From assembly GCA_963818475.1 (NCBI GenBank), contig CAWFSF010000005.1, positions 576,001 to 640,000 of the forward strand: 64,000 bases of DNA, given 5' to 3'. A program made the position numbers and the translations under genes. The notes beneath the pieces were generated by a model. The model searched no databases, was not told the DNA's origin, and saw nothing but the letters and a program-made list of their open reading frames with translations. Source of the stretch: Nitrospirota bacterium (lineage in GTDB: Bacteria; Nitrospirota; UBA9217). Position 1 is the first letter of the stretch. Each line of letters opens with the position of its first letter. Below are positions 11,005-21,941 of the stretch, piece by piece.

Positions 11005-11633
11005 GAAAAAAAACGGCAAGAGCAGGCGGGGCGGGACGATGCTGAAGCACTAGCAGCAGGCGCGAAAACCGCTTCCGCCCCTGTGCTGATCATCCGTTCA
11101 GCCTCACTGTTCAGTTCGATGTTCCAGTAGAGGTAATCGCGCCAGCTCAGGGGAGCGTTCTTGATCCCGAAGGTCAGCGTGACCACCGGCATCCACCGCG
11201 GCTTGACCGGCTGCCGGATCAGGCGCATCCCTGCCTCGCGGGGAGTTCTGCCGCCCTTCCGGTTATTGCACCACAGGCAGGCGGTAACGATGTTCTCCCA
11301 CGTGGCCTGGCCGCCCTGCACCTGCGGGATGACATGGTCGAAGGTAAGGTCCTCGGCGGGATATCTGGTCTTGCAGTACTGGCAGGTGTATTTGTCGCGC
11401 TGGTAGATGTTGGCGCGGGAGAACCGCACTTCCTTGCAGGCGCGCTTGATCTTGACGAGTTTGAGCAGTCGCAGAATAGAGGGGAGCCTGAAGGTGATGG
11501 ACACACCCCGAATATCCCGGTCATAGAAGTCGATCACCTCAACCTTGCCCTGGGTCAGCAGGGTGATCGCTCTCTGCCATGAAATGATCTTTAACGGCTC
11601 GAATGTCGCGTTCAGGAGCAGCGTTCGTTCCAT
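10977..11633 (-). CDS. HNH endonuclease (McrA-like); true stop may lie near 11100
   Basis: LLLNATFEPL, RD..TCQYC, TFDHVIP..GG..WEN..AC..CNNRK. Confidence 0.9.
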   Translation of the reverse strand: MERTLLLNATFEPLKIISWQRAITLLTQGKVEVIDFYDRDIRGVSITFRLPSILRLLKLVKIKRACKEVRFSRANIYQRDKYTCQYCKTRYPAEDLTFDHVIPQVQGGQATWENIVTACLWCNNRKGGRTPREAGMRLIRQPVKPRWMPVVTLTFGIKNAPLSWRDYLYWNIELNSEAERMISTGAEAVFAPAASASASSRPACSCRFFSCQDFRLML

Positions 11634-11779
11634 TGCAACCCTCGCAGAACACAGAAAACCATACTCTGGCGAAATCCCGGGTGAACAGAAAAACTGTCAT
11701 AATTCAGGTTGTTAAGGTAACAAAATACAGAAAACGATACAGTTTGTCAATAGGTTTGAAAAACCGTATAATAGGCATT

Positions 11780-12658
11780 ATGCAAACGACTGAGACCGTG
11801 GAACAACGGACCGCGCGGGCAGCAACCGTCCGGGAAGAGGGCATTGATTCCTTCCTCCACGATCCCTCGCCCAGGGTCCTGAAGGCGCTGCTCACGAACC
11901 GTCTGCTGACCGAAGAGCATGCACTGGTCCTTGCGAACAGAAGGAACCTGTCGGCCGATGTCCTTGAAGCGATAGCAAAGGACCGGCGCTGGACCGAGAG
12001 CTATGCCCTGCGCATGGCCGTCGCAAGGAACCCGAAAACACCGCTTTTCGTTTCCCTGTCGCTCGCGCGGCACCTCCGGCTTTTCGATCTCGCTGATATC
12101 ACCCGCGATCATTTCCTTCCCCTCCCCTATCGGAAGAAGATCGAAGCAATGATCATCGAGCGCATTCCAGCCATGCCGCTCGGCATCCAAGAAGACCCTT
12201 GCACGACGAGCTGCGGGGAACGTCCTGTTCACGCTGCTGCGGAGCCGCAGACGCCGAGATCGTTCGAACATGCCTCGGCAACCCGCACCTCATGGAAAGC
12301 CACCTCTTCAAGTACATCAGCCGCGGGGACAGTCTCCCGGAGACCATCAGCATGATCGCCGAACATCCGAACTGGTCCTGCCGGACGGCCGTCCGATTGT
12401 CGCTGGTACGGAATGCGCAGACGCCGTTGTCAAGCAGCCTCCGTTTTTTCAGCCGCATGACCGCACAGGACCTGCGGGAGCTTTATGCCGACCCCCTTGT
12501 CCCGATAACGGTGAAGCCATTCATCCACCGCTGAACTCTGGGAACGAGGCATCGAAGCACTGCCGCAGACCGGCAAAGAGACCGTGTACGAGATGGATGA
12601 AACCGATGACCATGCCATGGGAGCGTTGAAGTTCGAACAGGAAGGAACAAGCTTTGAC
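11780..12658 (+). CDS. Hypothetical helical-repeat protein; frameshifted
   Basis: Repeated L.NP..L / W...Y..R..L..NP.TP units across three frames. Confidence 0.6.
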
Positions 12659-12703
12659 GCCGTGGAGGATACGACGGAAGAGCAGGACGAATGAGGCGTG
12701 AGA

Positions 12704-13853
12704 TCAACGATGGGGACGTGAAGGAACCAGCTTAAGCGCCCACCCCTGTCCCACGGTTATGGCCCCCTGGGGGCAGAATTCCTGACAGCAGAAACAGCGG
12801 ATGCAATGACGATAGCTGATCTCGAACCGCCCGGTGGTGCTGTCGATCGCTCCCTGCGGACAATGCCCCTGGCAGATGCCGCAGCGAATACACTGCGCGT
12901 GGTCGATCACCGGCCGGGTGGTGAGTGCATCCTTGAGAAACCCGCGGGCCCACTCAGGCACCCTCCACTCGAGATGCTCCTGGGGCGGCAGCCGGAATCC
13001 TCTGACCATGACGCTCTCGAGCGCTGCTCCGAGAATGCTGATGCGGTCCAGACGCGTCTCGCCGATGCCTGCCGCGGCAGCGGCCCGCACAACATAGAGC
13101 AGCGATGGATCAGCGCCGACCATCGTTCCCGAGACCACATCGAGCGCCACCGGGTCCCGCCCCGCAAGAACAACGCCGACAGGGCGGGGGTCGCCGCTGC
13201 CCGGTCCATTCCCTTCCATGCCGACAACGGCGTCCATGATGGTAAGACGCGGCTTAATGAGCGCCGAGAGTTCGACGAGCATCCGCGCGAAGGCATCGCG
13301 GTTCACGCCTGTATTGAAATGCCATTGCACTTTCCTCCGCCCGGGGATGCAGCCGAAGAGGTTCTTTACCGCACCGGTGAGCGTCATCATGCCATGGGTC
13401 TTGAGCTTGGGAAGATTGATGACCACGTCCGCTTCGTGGACCGCGCGGGCGATCTCGAACCGCTGAAATTGTCCCCGGTTCTTCAGAAGGACGGCTTCTT
13501 CCATGTCCGCCAGGGCCGCTCCTTCCTGCTGGACCACCTCCATGATCCCGGATCGTTCGCATACCTGTCCGGAGATCGCCGAAGCCGGGACTGTCGCCGA
13601 CGAGTGCCGTGCCCCCGGCCTCCTTGACAAGCCGGATGACTGCACGAAGGATCTCGGGGTGCGTTGTTACGGCGCCGGAGGGCTGACAGGCCTTCAGCAG
13701 ATTCGGCTTGATCAGGACCCGGTCTCCGGGCTTGACGAACATGGAGATGCCGCCGAGCAGATCGACGGACTTGCGCACGGCCTGCTCCACCCGACCCTGG
13801 TCGTAATCCGCACAACAGACGATAGAAACATCGGAGAGGATCGTTTTTGTCAT
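12704..13853 (-). CDS. DUF362 domain Fe-S protein with 2x[4Fe-4S] ferredoxin domain; frameshift near 13570
   Basis: VLIKPNL, TTHP, NLPKLKTH, KNLFG, CIRCGIC..CP and CIRCFCC..CP motifs. Confidence 0.85.
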
Positions 13854-13902
13854 AGGCTGAGATGAATGAGAGGATTCCCGCTGCGGTCTCCCGTTATCGC
13901 TG

Positions 13903-14673
13903 CTATTTTTGCAGTATCGTGAGCATCTTGCTGTGGATCATGCCGTTGCTGGCAACGATCTCCTGGTCGTGGATACTGGATCGCGTACCCCGGAAATCGG
14001 AAACGGTCCCGCCGGCCTCGCGCACGATCAGGCTGCCCGCTGCCACGTCCCAGGGCTTCAGCTTCAACTCCCAGAAACCGTCAAAGCGGCCTGCGGCCAC
14101 GGAGCACAGATCGAGGGCTGCCGATCCGTCGCGGCGGACCTCCTGCGACGCCATCAGCAGTTCGTTAAAGTGATTCAGATTGTTCTTTTCGCTCACGCAG
14201 CGATCGTAGGGAAATCCCGTTGCGAGCAGGCTTTGGATAAGGCTGTCTGTGGTGGAAACCTTGATGCGTTGTCCGTTCAGATGCGCTCCCTGACCTTTGG
14301 CGGCCGAGAAGAGCTCATCCCGCATCGGATCATACACCACCCCCGCGATCACCTCGCCTGCGGATTCCAATGCAAGGGAGACGGCAAAGCACGGGTAGCC
14401 ATGCGCATAATTGGTCGTTCCGTCAAGAGGGTCGATGATCCACCGGAAGGGCGATTCTTTCTCTATCGTGGCTTCTTCCTCTGCCAGGATCCCGTGGTCG
14501 GGAAAGGCATGCAGGAGCGTTTCAACCACAACGCGTTCGGAGCGCGTGTCCATTTCTGTGACAAGATTGATATCACCCTTGAACGCAATGGTTCGCTTGC
14601 CTCCAAGATTGTCCCGCAGCAACCGTCCGGCAAGCACTGCCGCTTTGCGGGCTACGACCATATACTCGTTCAT
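13903..14673 (-). CDS. suhB: Inositol monophosphatase family protein
   Basis: WIIDPLDGTTN, GSAALDL and WDVAAG motifs. Confidence 0.9.
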   Translation of the reverse strand: MNEYMVVARKAAVLAGRLLRDNLGGKRTIAFKGDINLVTEMDTRSERVVVETLLHAFPDHGILAEEEATIEKESPFRWIIDPLDGTTNYAHGYPCFAVSLALESAGEVIAGVVYDPMRDELFSAAKGQGAHLNGQRIKVSTTDSLIQSLLATGFPYDRCVSEKNNLNHFNELLMASQEVRRDGSAALDLCSVAAGRFDGFWELKLKPWDVAAGSLIVREAGGTVSDFRGTRSSIHDQEIVASNGMIHSKMLTILQK

Positions 14674-14741
14674 TGGTTCTCCTGTAACGCCATGCAGTGC
14701 GGCGCACATTGTACCATACCGATTTTCGTTTTAATAACAAA

Positions 14742-14773
14742 AAAAGGGCAAGGCATTTCTGCCTTACCCTTTT
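14742..14773 (-). terminator. Intrinsic terminator (possibly bidirectional)
   Basis: AAAAGGGCAAGGCA-TTTC-TGCCTTACCCTTTT hairpin with an A-tract on the left. Confidence 0.7.
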
Positions 14774-14818
14774 GATTTCCTGTCGCCCGGACTTCCGCGA
14801 AAAAAAACCGCGAAGAAG

Positions 14819-15016
14819 CTACTGAACGATCCGTTCCATTTCGACACCAAGATAGTCTGCGAGAAGTTTCACCGTCCGTGGCTTCAAGGTGGTCCCTTTG
14901 AGCGTCCTCGATACCGTTACTTTATGCATTCCCAATTTATCGGCAATCTCGGTGTAGCTCAGCCCTTTCTCCAAACGCTTTTTTTCAAGAATTTCAATTC
15001 GGTACATGGCCTTCAC
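14819..15016 (-). CDS. Small XRE/Cro-like HTH protein
   Basis: LSYTEIADKLGMHKVTVSRTL helix-turn-helix; GAGG RBS. Confidence 0.85.
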   Translation of the reverse strand: MKAMYRIEILEKKRLEKGLSYTEIADKLGMHKVTVSRTLKGTTLKPRTVKLLADYLGVEMERIVQ

Positions 15017-15189
15017 CTCACTTTATGATTTTTGGTATGAGAGCTGCCATAACGCAAGTTAACAACAACTACATTTACAACTTTAAGTATAGCACATATA
15101 TTTGCATTTTCAAACAAGAGGAACAGAAAAAAATAATTTTGCAACTTTTTGTTGACTTTGCCTATTTAAAAATGGTATATACTAACCAT

Positions 15190-15428
15190 ATGAACCTTTC
15201 AGAAAAACTCAAAAAAATGCGCACCAAGAACAAACTGTCCATGAGCCAGGTGGCCCGCCTCTCGCAGAAGGCCACTGACCACGGGGCAGGATCACGCAGG
15301 GGTATATCTCACGCCTTGAATCCGGGCAGGAGACCAACCCCAGCATGCAGAAGATCGTGACGCTCTCCAGGATCTATAAGGTAGAGCCGAACGATTTTTT
15401 CCCGAAAACGGGCCGGAAGCGGGCGTAG
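15190..15428 (+). CDS. Small XRE-family HTH protein; frameshift near 15283
   Basis: MNLSEKLKKMRTKNKLSMSQVA joined to ITQGYISRLESGQETNPSMQKIVTLSRIYKV in the next frame. Confidence 0.75.
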
Positions 15429-15433
15429 GTCCG

Positions 15434-16277
15434 TCAGCGTGACGCGCTGTCCACCGGTGAGGAACGTGGCAATCCGCACAGTGCCTCGTTGACCGGTGAA
15501 CCGGTTTGAGCAACAGCACTTCGCGCGTGTGACACCGGAGACAGTCCTCGTCCGACGGTTTGATGCGTGCATGCGGCTTGTGGCATTCGTAGCAGTTGAG
15601 CCTCGCCATCGGAACCCGGTCCGGGAACGTTGTCTTCGACGATTTCCGGTGACAGGACAGGCATCGCTCCCGGTCCGGGATGAACGCTTCCTGCTTCTTG
15701 GGTGAAAAAGGCATGGCACCTGAGGCAGGAGATATCCTCCATCCCCACCCCGTGGATCTGCCAATCCTTATGGCATCGCAGACAGGCGTCCTTCTCCGGC
15801 CTGAACGAATGCACCTTCCGGCTCGTGACAATCCTTGCACTGCAGCTTCTCCATGAACACATGCCGCGCATGGCCCGTTGACTTGTTCACGGTCAAAGAA
15901 CCCTGGGCTGCCTCGTCCCAGTGACAGGTTGTGCAGGTCTTCCAGGGCGTCTCGTTCCCGTGCGGCTCAGGCGTTTTCCTGTCGGTGGTGAACACGAACT
16001 TCACCAGCAGCCGGTTCTGCTCGATCATGCCGAGTTGGTGGCACTCCTGGCACACCATGTTCCGGTGGCCTGAGAGCTTCCATGCCGTGTACGCCTCTTC
16101 CATGAGATGGCAACTGTTGCAGAACTCAGGGTTTTTCTGTATATAGTTATAGTACCGGACGGCAAGGACGATGCCGAGCACCGAGATGATAAGCATGAGC
16201 GAGACAAGGATCGCCTTGTCCCGGGGGCTCAGACCCCGCTCAAGCTTGTCGAATATTTTTGAGATAAGATTATACAT
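15434..16277 (-). CDS. Membrane-anchored multiheme cytochrome c (NapC/NirT-like N-terminus, about 10 hemes); frameshifted
   Basis: N-terminal TM helix and ten CxxCH motifs over three frames. Confidence 0.8.
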
Positions 16278-16350
16278 GGATACATTCAGCGACAAAGAAC
16301 AGGGGCTGATCCGTGGTTATCTCTGATCCTTGCCCTCTGTCCTCTTCCGT

Positions 16351-17374
16351 TCATTTTATCAAGTGTTCGGCGATCTGCACCGCATTCAACGCAGCGCCTT
16401 TGCGAAGATTATCCGACACGATCCACAGATTGATCCCGTTCGGGATCGACTCGTCTTCCCTGATCCTTCCCACATAGACCTCATCTTTACCTGCCGTATC
16501 AATGGCCAGCGGATAGAGGTTCTTTTTCGGATCGTCGTACACCATGACACCCGGCGCAGACGAAAGGATCGCCCGCACCTCGTTGGCCGAGATCTTTCTC
16601 TCGGTCTCGATGTTCACCGATTCGGAATGGCAGCGGAACACGGGCACCCGGACCGTGGTCGCGGTCACCCCGATCGATTCGTCTTCCAGGATCTTCCTGG
16701 TCTCGTTCACCATCTTCATTTCTTCCTTGGTGTAGCCGTTTTCGAGGAAGGCATCGATATGCGGCAGGCAGTTGAATGCGATCTGGTGAGGATAGACCTT
16801 CGTTTCGATATCCCTGAAGTTCAGGAGCGCCACGGTCTGGCCTGCCAGCTCGTCGATGGCCTCCTTCCCGGTCCCGGAAACGGACTGGAAGGTCGTGACC
16901 ACGATGCGCTTGATCCTGACCGCATCGTGGATCGGCTTGAGCACCATGACCATGCCGATGGTCGAGCAGTTCGGGTTCGCAATGATGCCTGCATGACCGG
17001 CAATCGCGTGGGCGTTTATTTCCGGCACCACGAGCGGCACTTCGGGTGCCATGCGAAAAGCGCTCGAGTTGTCGATCACGACTGCGCCGGACGTCACTGC
17101 CGACGGGGCGAACTCCAGGCTGCGCTCGGCGCCGGCGGAGAAAAGCGCAATATCCACGCCTTGAAAGGAGTCCTTGGACAGCTTCTTGACAACCCAGCTT
17201 TTGTCCCGAAACGAGATCCGTTCCCCTGCGGAACGTTCCGATGCCAGCGGCACGAGCTCGCTCACCGGGAAATTGCGCTCTTCAAGGATCTCGATCATTT
17301 CCTTGCCCACAGCACCCGGTGGCCCGCAACGCAACGACGCAACGAACATATCGAGCATCTTTTCTCTTAAGCAT
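16351..17374 (-). CDS. asd: Aspartate-semialdehyde dehydrogenase (asd_B type); 5' end garbled
   Basis: DNSSAFRM, NPNCST, QSVSGTG and DNLRKGAALNAVQIA motifs. Confidence 0.9.
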
Positions 17375-17389
17375 TCGCGTTCGGGCTTC

Positions 17390-18503
17390 CTATTTTTCCA
17401 CCACGATGCGCAGCATTCTGCGAAGCGGCTCTGCCGCTCCCCACAGGAGCTGGTCGCCGCAGGTGAATGCGTTCAGGAACGTCGGCCCCATGTTCATCTT
17501 GCGCAGGCGTCCGACGGGCACGGTAAGCGTGCCGGTGATCGCTGCAGGGGTCAGCTCGCGCATGGTGATCTCGCGCACGTTCGGCACGACCTTCACCCAC
17601 TTGTTGTGCTTGGCGATCATGTCCGTGATCTCGTCGAGCGGCACATCCTTCTTCATCTTGATCGTCAGCGCCTGGCTGTGGCAGCGCATTGCTCCGACGC
17701 GCACGCAGGTGCCGTCGATGGGGATCGGGTTTCCCTCCCGGCCCAGGATCTTGTTCGTCTCAGCCTGTCCCTTCCACTCTTCCTTGCTCTGGCCGCTGTC
17801 GAGCTGCTTGTCGATCCAGGGAATGAGCGAGCCGGCAAGCGGCACGCCAAAGAACTCCTTGGGATAGGCATCGGAACGGATGTGGTCGGAAACCTTCCTG
17901 TCGATATCGAGGATCGCCGAAGCCGGATCGTCCAGCAAGGTCCTTCACCTTGCCATGAACGGAACCCATCTGCTTGATCAGCTCGCGCATATTGTTCGCG
18001 CCGGCGCCCGAAGCCGCCTGGTAGGTCATGGCGCTCATCCATTCGACCAGGTCGCGCTCGTACAGTCCGCCCAGTGCCATAAGCATGAGCGACACGGTGC
18101 AGTTGCCGCCGATGTAGTTCTTGATGCCCTTTGCCATGCCGTCCTTGATCACATTGATGTTGACCGGATCGAGGATGATGATGGCGTCCTTGTCCATGCG
18201 AAGCGTTGATGCCGCATCGATCCAGTAGCCCTTCCAGCCCGCTTCGCGCAGCTTGGGATAGACCTCGTTCGTGTAGTCGCCGCCCTGGCAGGAGATGATG
18301 GCGTCCATCGCCTTCAGCTCGTCGATGTTCTTCGCGTCCTTGAGCGCCGGCACGTCCTTGCCGATATTCGGCCCCTTGCCGCCCACGTTCGAGGTCGTGA
18401 AGAACACCGGATCGATCAGGTCGAAATCCTTCTCTTCGTTCATGCGGCCCATGAGCACCGAGCCCACCATCCCGCGCCAACCGATAAAACCTACTCGCAT
18501 CAT
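17390..18503 (-). CDS. asd: Aspartate-semialdehyde dehydrogenase (proteobacterial type); frameshift near 17940
   Basis: [26 protein letters not shown] and [12 protein letters not shown] motifs. Confidence 0.9.
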
Positions 18504-18581
18504 TGTTCTATTCCCCTTTTATTTTCATTCCGCATTTCGCCTGGCCTCGGCATTCACACGGGGGCAATCTGAAATCCGCTA

Positions 18582-19663
18582 TTAAAGTGATCCTGCAACC
18601 ATATCCCCCACTTCCGTGGTCGAGACATGCCCATCTTGCCGGCTGCCTGGCTCTTCATCTTCTTCATCGTCGCGATCATGGCCGCCTCGATCGACCTGAG
18701 CAGACTTCGTCTCACCGAGCGAATCGAGCATCATCATGGCCGCGCCGATGGCCGCCATGGGGTTGATCACGTTCTGGCCCGCGTACTTCGGCGCGCTGCC
18801 GCCCATGGGCTCGAACATGGAAACGCCTTCGGGATTGATGTTCCCGCCCGACGCAACGCCGAGGCCGCCCTGGATCATGGCGCCGAGGTCGGTGATGATG
18901 TCGCCGAACAGGTTTTCCGTGACCGCCACATCGAACCATTCCGGGTTCTTCACGAACCACATATTCGCCGCATCGATATGGTTGTAGTCTCGCTTGAGGT
19001 CCGGGATACTGCTTCGCGCCCATCTCCTCGAAGGCGCGGTACCAGAGGTCTCCGCAATGGGTCAGCACATTCCGCTTGTGGATGAGCGTGATCGGCTTTG
19101 CCGCATACTTCGGGATTCATGGCATTGCGCTTCCTCTTCAGTTCAAAGGCATACTTCAGGCACCGGTCCACCGTGCGGCGGTCGTACACCATGAGCTGCG
19201 TGGCGATCTCTTCGGACGTACCCACGCGCGTTGCCCCGCCGTGGCCCGTGTAGATGCCGCCCGTGTTCTCGCGGATCACCACGAAATCGATATCCTCGGG
19301 CCCCTTGTCCTTGAGCGGCGTCTCCACGTTGGGATAGAGCTTCACCGGACGGAGATTGATGTACTGGTCCAGGGCAAAGCGGATCTTGAGCAGGATCCCT
19401 GCTTCCAGGATGCCGGGTTTTACGTCGGGATGCCCGATGGCGCCCAGGAACATGGAGTCGAACTTTTTGAACTCACCGATGGCGCTGTCAGGCAGCGTCT
19501 CGCCGGTCTTGAGATAGCGCGCAGCGCCGAAATCGAACTCGGTGAATTCGAGCTTGAACCCGCCCTTGGACGCAGCAGCATTGATGACCTTTACCGCTTC
19601 CTTGACGACCTCGGGTCCGGTTCCGTCACCGGGGATGAATGCGATCTTGTAGGTCTTTGCCAT
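18582..19663 (-). CDS. leuB: 3-isopropylmalate dehydrogenase; frameshifted
   Basis: [25 protein letters not shown] and FEP.GGSAP motifs. Confidence 0.9.
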
Positions 19664-19799
19664 GATATGATTCCTCTCAAAAAAGTTATATGACTTCAAA
19701 TACGATAAGGGGAAATGGAGCATAGAAGTGCGAACGGAAGCATACCGGGTTTATTCCCGCTTTCTCCGAACTTTTCCCGTTGTCCTGCAGGATGTTAGT

Positions 19800-19998
19800 T
19801 TATCTCTTTCTCGCACTGCAGTTGTTCGTCCGCATCTCGCTGCAGTTGTCGTCACCGGGGGAAAAATCTAATCCGCAGGAAGGCTGGGATGGCCCGTTGG
19901 ATGAGGAATATGACGGATCGAGGTTTCTGCTGTAATACACGCAGGGTTCGCAAAGGGAGCCGGTTTGCCGCTGTTTGATTCGGCTGAAGCGCTTTCAT
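19800..19998 (-). CDS. Putative small Cys-rich protein (about 65 aa, needs one indel correction)
   Basis: MKALQPNQTAANRLP + CEPCVYYSRNLDPSYSSSNGPSQPSCGLDFSPGDDNCSEMRTNNCSARKR*. Confidence 0.5.
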
Positions 19999-20019
19999 CA
20001 GCTTGAAACACGCGGTCAA

Positions 20020-20517
20020 TTACAAGCCTGCCTTCTTCTTCGTGTACGCCATGAGGCCGCCTGCCGCGATCAGTTCCTGCATGAAGGGCGGCACCGGCGT
20101 CGCTTTGAAGGTCTTGTTCGACGTAAGATTCCGGATCACGCCGTCGTCGGCATCCACTTCGATCTGGTCGCCTTCCTTGATCCCGTCGACCGCTTCCGCG
20201 CTCTCGAAGATCGGCAGGCCCATATTGAAGCAGTTCCGGTAGAAGATCCGGGCAAAGCTCTTGGCGACCACGCAGGACACACCGGCGGCCTTGATCGCGA
20301 TCGGCGCATGCTCGCGCGACGACCCGCAGCCGAAGTTCTTGTCGGCAACCATGATGTCGCCGGGCTTCATCTTCTTCATGAAGTCGGGATTGGTGGAATC
20401 TTCCATGCAGTGCTTTGCCAGTTCTTTCGGATCCGACGTGTTCAGATACCGCGCCGGAATGATCGCGTCCGTATCGACATCAGCTCCGAATTTCCATGCA
20501 TTGCCTTTGAATTTCAT
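20020..20517 (-). CDS. leuD: 3-isopropylmalate dehydratase small subunit
   Basis: [24 protein letters not shown] and SFARIFYRN motifs. Confidence 0.95.
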   Translation of the reverse strand: MKFKGNAWKFGADVDTDAIIPARYLNTSDPKELAKHCMEDSTNPDFMKKMKPGDIMVADKNFGCGSSREHAPIAIKAAGVSCVVAKSFARIFYRNCFNMGLPIFESAEAVDGIKEGDQIEVDADDGVIRNLTSNKTFKATPVPPFMQELIAAGGLMAYTKKKAGL

Positions 20518-20536
20518 TGAAAACCTCAATTCTTTA

Positions 20537-20634
20537 GACGCGGATTTTCGCAGATTTACGCATGATTTTTACTTTAGATCATTTGAATCGTGTTCATCTG
20601 CGTCTAATCCGTTTTTTCCGTGTTCATCCGTGGC
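20537..20634. repeat. 9-mer palindromic intergenic element
   Basis: GACGCGGAT...ATCTGCGTC inverted arms plus an extra tccgtgttcatccgtggc half. Confidence 0.75.
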
Positions 20635-20647
20635 AAATAGATGATGC

Positions 20648-21907
20648 TTACTTCAGCTCTTCCGGTCTTCCGATCCTGCCGAGCACGGCCGATGCCGCTG
20701 CGATGGCCGGATTGGACAGATAGACTTCGCTCTTGGGAGAGCCCATCCTGCCGACGAAGTTGCGGTTGGTCGTGGCAATGGCGCGCTCGCCCGCCGCGAG
20801 AATGCCCATGTGGCCGCCGAGGCAGGGACCGCAGGTCGGCGTGCTGAAGGCCGCTCCCGCATCGATGAAGATGTCCACCAGCCCTTCTTTGATGCACTGC
20901 TTGTAGATCGCCTGCGTGGCCGGGATCACGATCATGCGCACATAGGGATGCACCTTGTGGCCTTTGATGACCTTTGCCGCTTCGCGCATGTCCTCGATCC
21001 TGCCGTTGGTGCAGGAGCCGACCACGGACTGGTCGATATTGATGGAGCCCAGCTGGCTTACGGGCTTCACGTTCTCGGGAAGGTGCGGGCAGGCGATCTG
21101 CGGCTCCATGCCGGTCAGGTCGTACTCGCGCACATCGACGTAATTCGCCTTTTTGTCGCTCTTGTAGAACTTGTACTTGCGCTGCGCGCGCTTCGCCACG
21201 TATTTCTCGGTGATCTCATCAGGCTCGATGATGCCGTTCTTGCCGCCCGCCTCGATCGCCATGTTGCAGATGGTCAGGCGTCCCGCCATGGGAAGTTTTC
21301 TGATGACTTCGCCGGTGAATTCCATGGCACGGTAGAGCGCGCCGTCCACGCCGATGTCGCCGATGGTATGCAGAATGATGTCCTTGCCGCCGACCCACTT
21401 GCCGAGTTTGCCTTTGTAGACGAACTTCATGCTCTCGGGCACCTTGAACCAGGCCTCGCCCGTGATCATGGCCGCGGCGACATCGGTGCTGCCCACGCCG
21501 GTCGAAAAGGCTCCCAGTCCGCCGTAGGTGCAGGTGTGGCTGTCCGCGCCGATCACCACATCGCCGGGCACCACGATCCCCTGTTCGGGAAGGAGCGCAT
21601 GCTCCACGCCCATCCGGCCGACCTCGAAGTACAGGGACAGGTCATGCTCGCGCGAGAACTGGCGGAGCATGTTGCACTGCTCGGCCGAGGCGATGTCCTT
21701 GTTCGGCGCAAAGTGGTCGGGGATCAGCGCGATCCGGTCGGAATTGAACACCTTTTTCGCGCCGGCGCCCCGGAACTCCTTGATCGAGATCGGCGCGGTG
21801 ATGTCGTTCGCCAGAACGAGATCGAGCTTCGCGTTGATCAGTTCGCCCGGCTTCACTTCTTTTTTGCCGCAGTGAGCGGCCAGTATCTTTTCTGTAATGG
21901 TCATCAT
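20648..21907 (-). CDS. leuC: 3-isopropylmalate dehydratase large subunit
   Basis: [21 protein letters not shown] and TNRNFVGR motifs. Confidence 0.95.
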   Translation of the reverse strand: MMTITEKILAAHCGKKEVKPGELINAKLDLVLANDITAPISIKEFRGAGAKKVFNSDRIALIPDHFAPNKDIASAEQCNMLRQFSREHDLSLYFEVGRMGVEHALLPEQGIVVPGDVVIGADSHTCTYGGLGAFSTGVGSTDVAAAMITGEAWFKVPESMKFVYKGKLGKWVGGKDIILHTIGDIGVDGALYRAMEFTGEVIRKLPMAGRLTICNMAIEAGGKNGIIEPDEITEKYVAKRAQRKYKFYKSDKKANYVDVREYDLTGMEPQIACPHLPENVKPVSQLGSINIDQSVVGSCTNGRIEDMREAAKVIKGHKVHPYVRMIVIPATQAIYKQCIKEGLVDIFIDAGAAFSTPTCGPCLGGHMGILAAGERAIATTNRNFVGRMGSPKSEVYLSNPAIAAASAVLGRIGRPEELK

Positions 21908-21941
21908 AGGTTTGTGAATATACAATATCCCCTGTTCAGAT

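Noticed and set aside
11021-11088. tRNA or tmRNA gene
   Set aside because: The GGGGCGG start is suggestive, but there is no GTTCRA T-loop, CCA end or tag frame.
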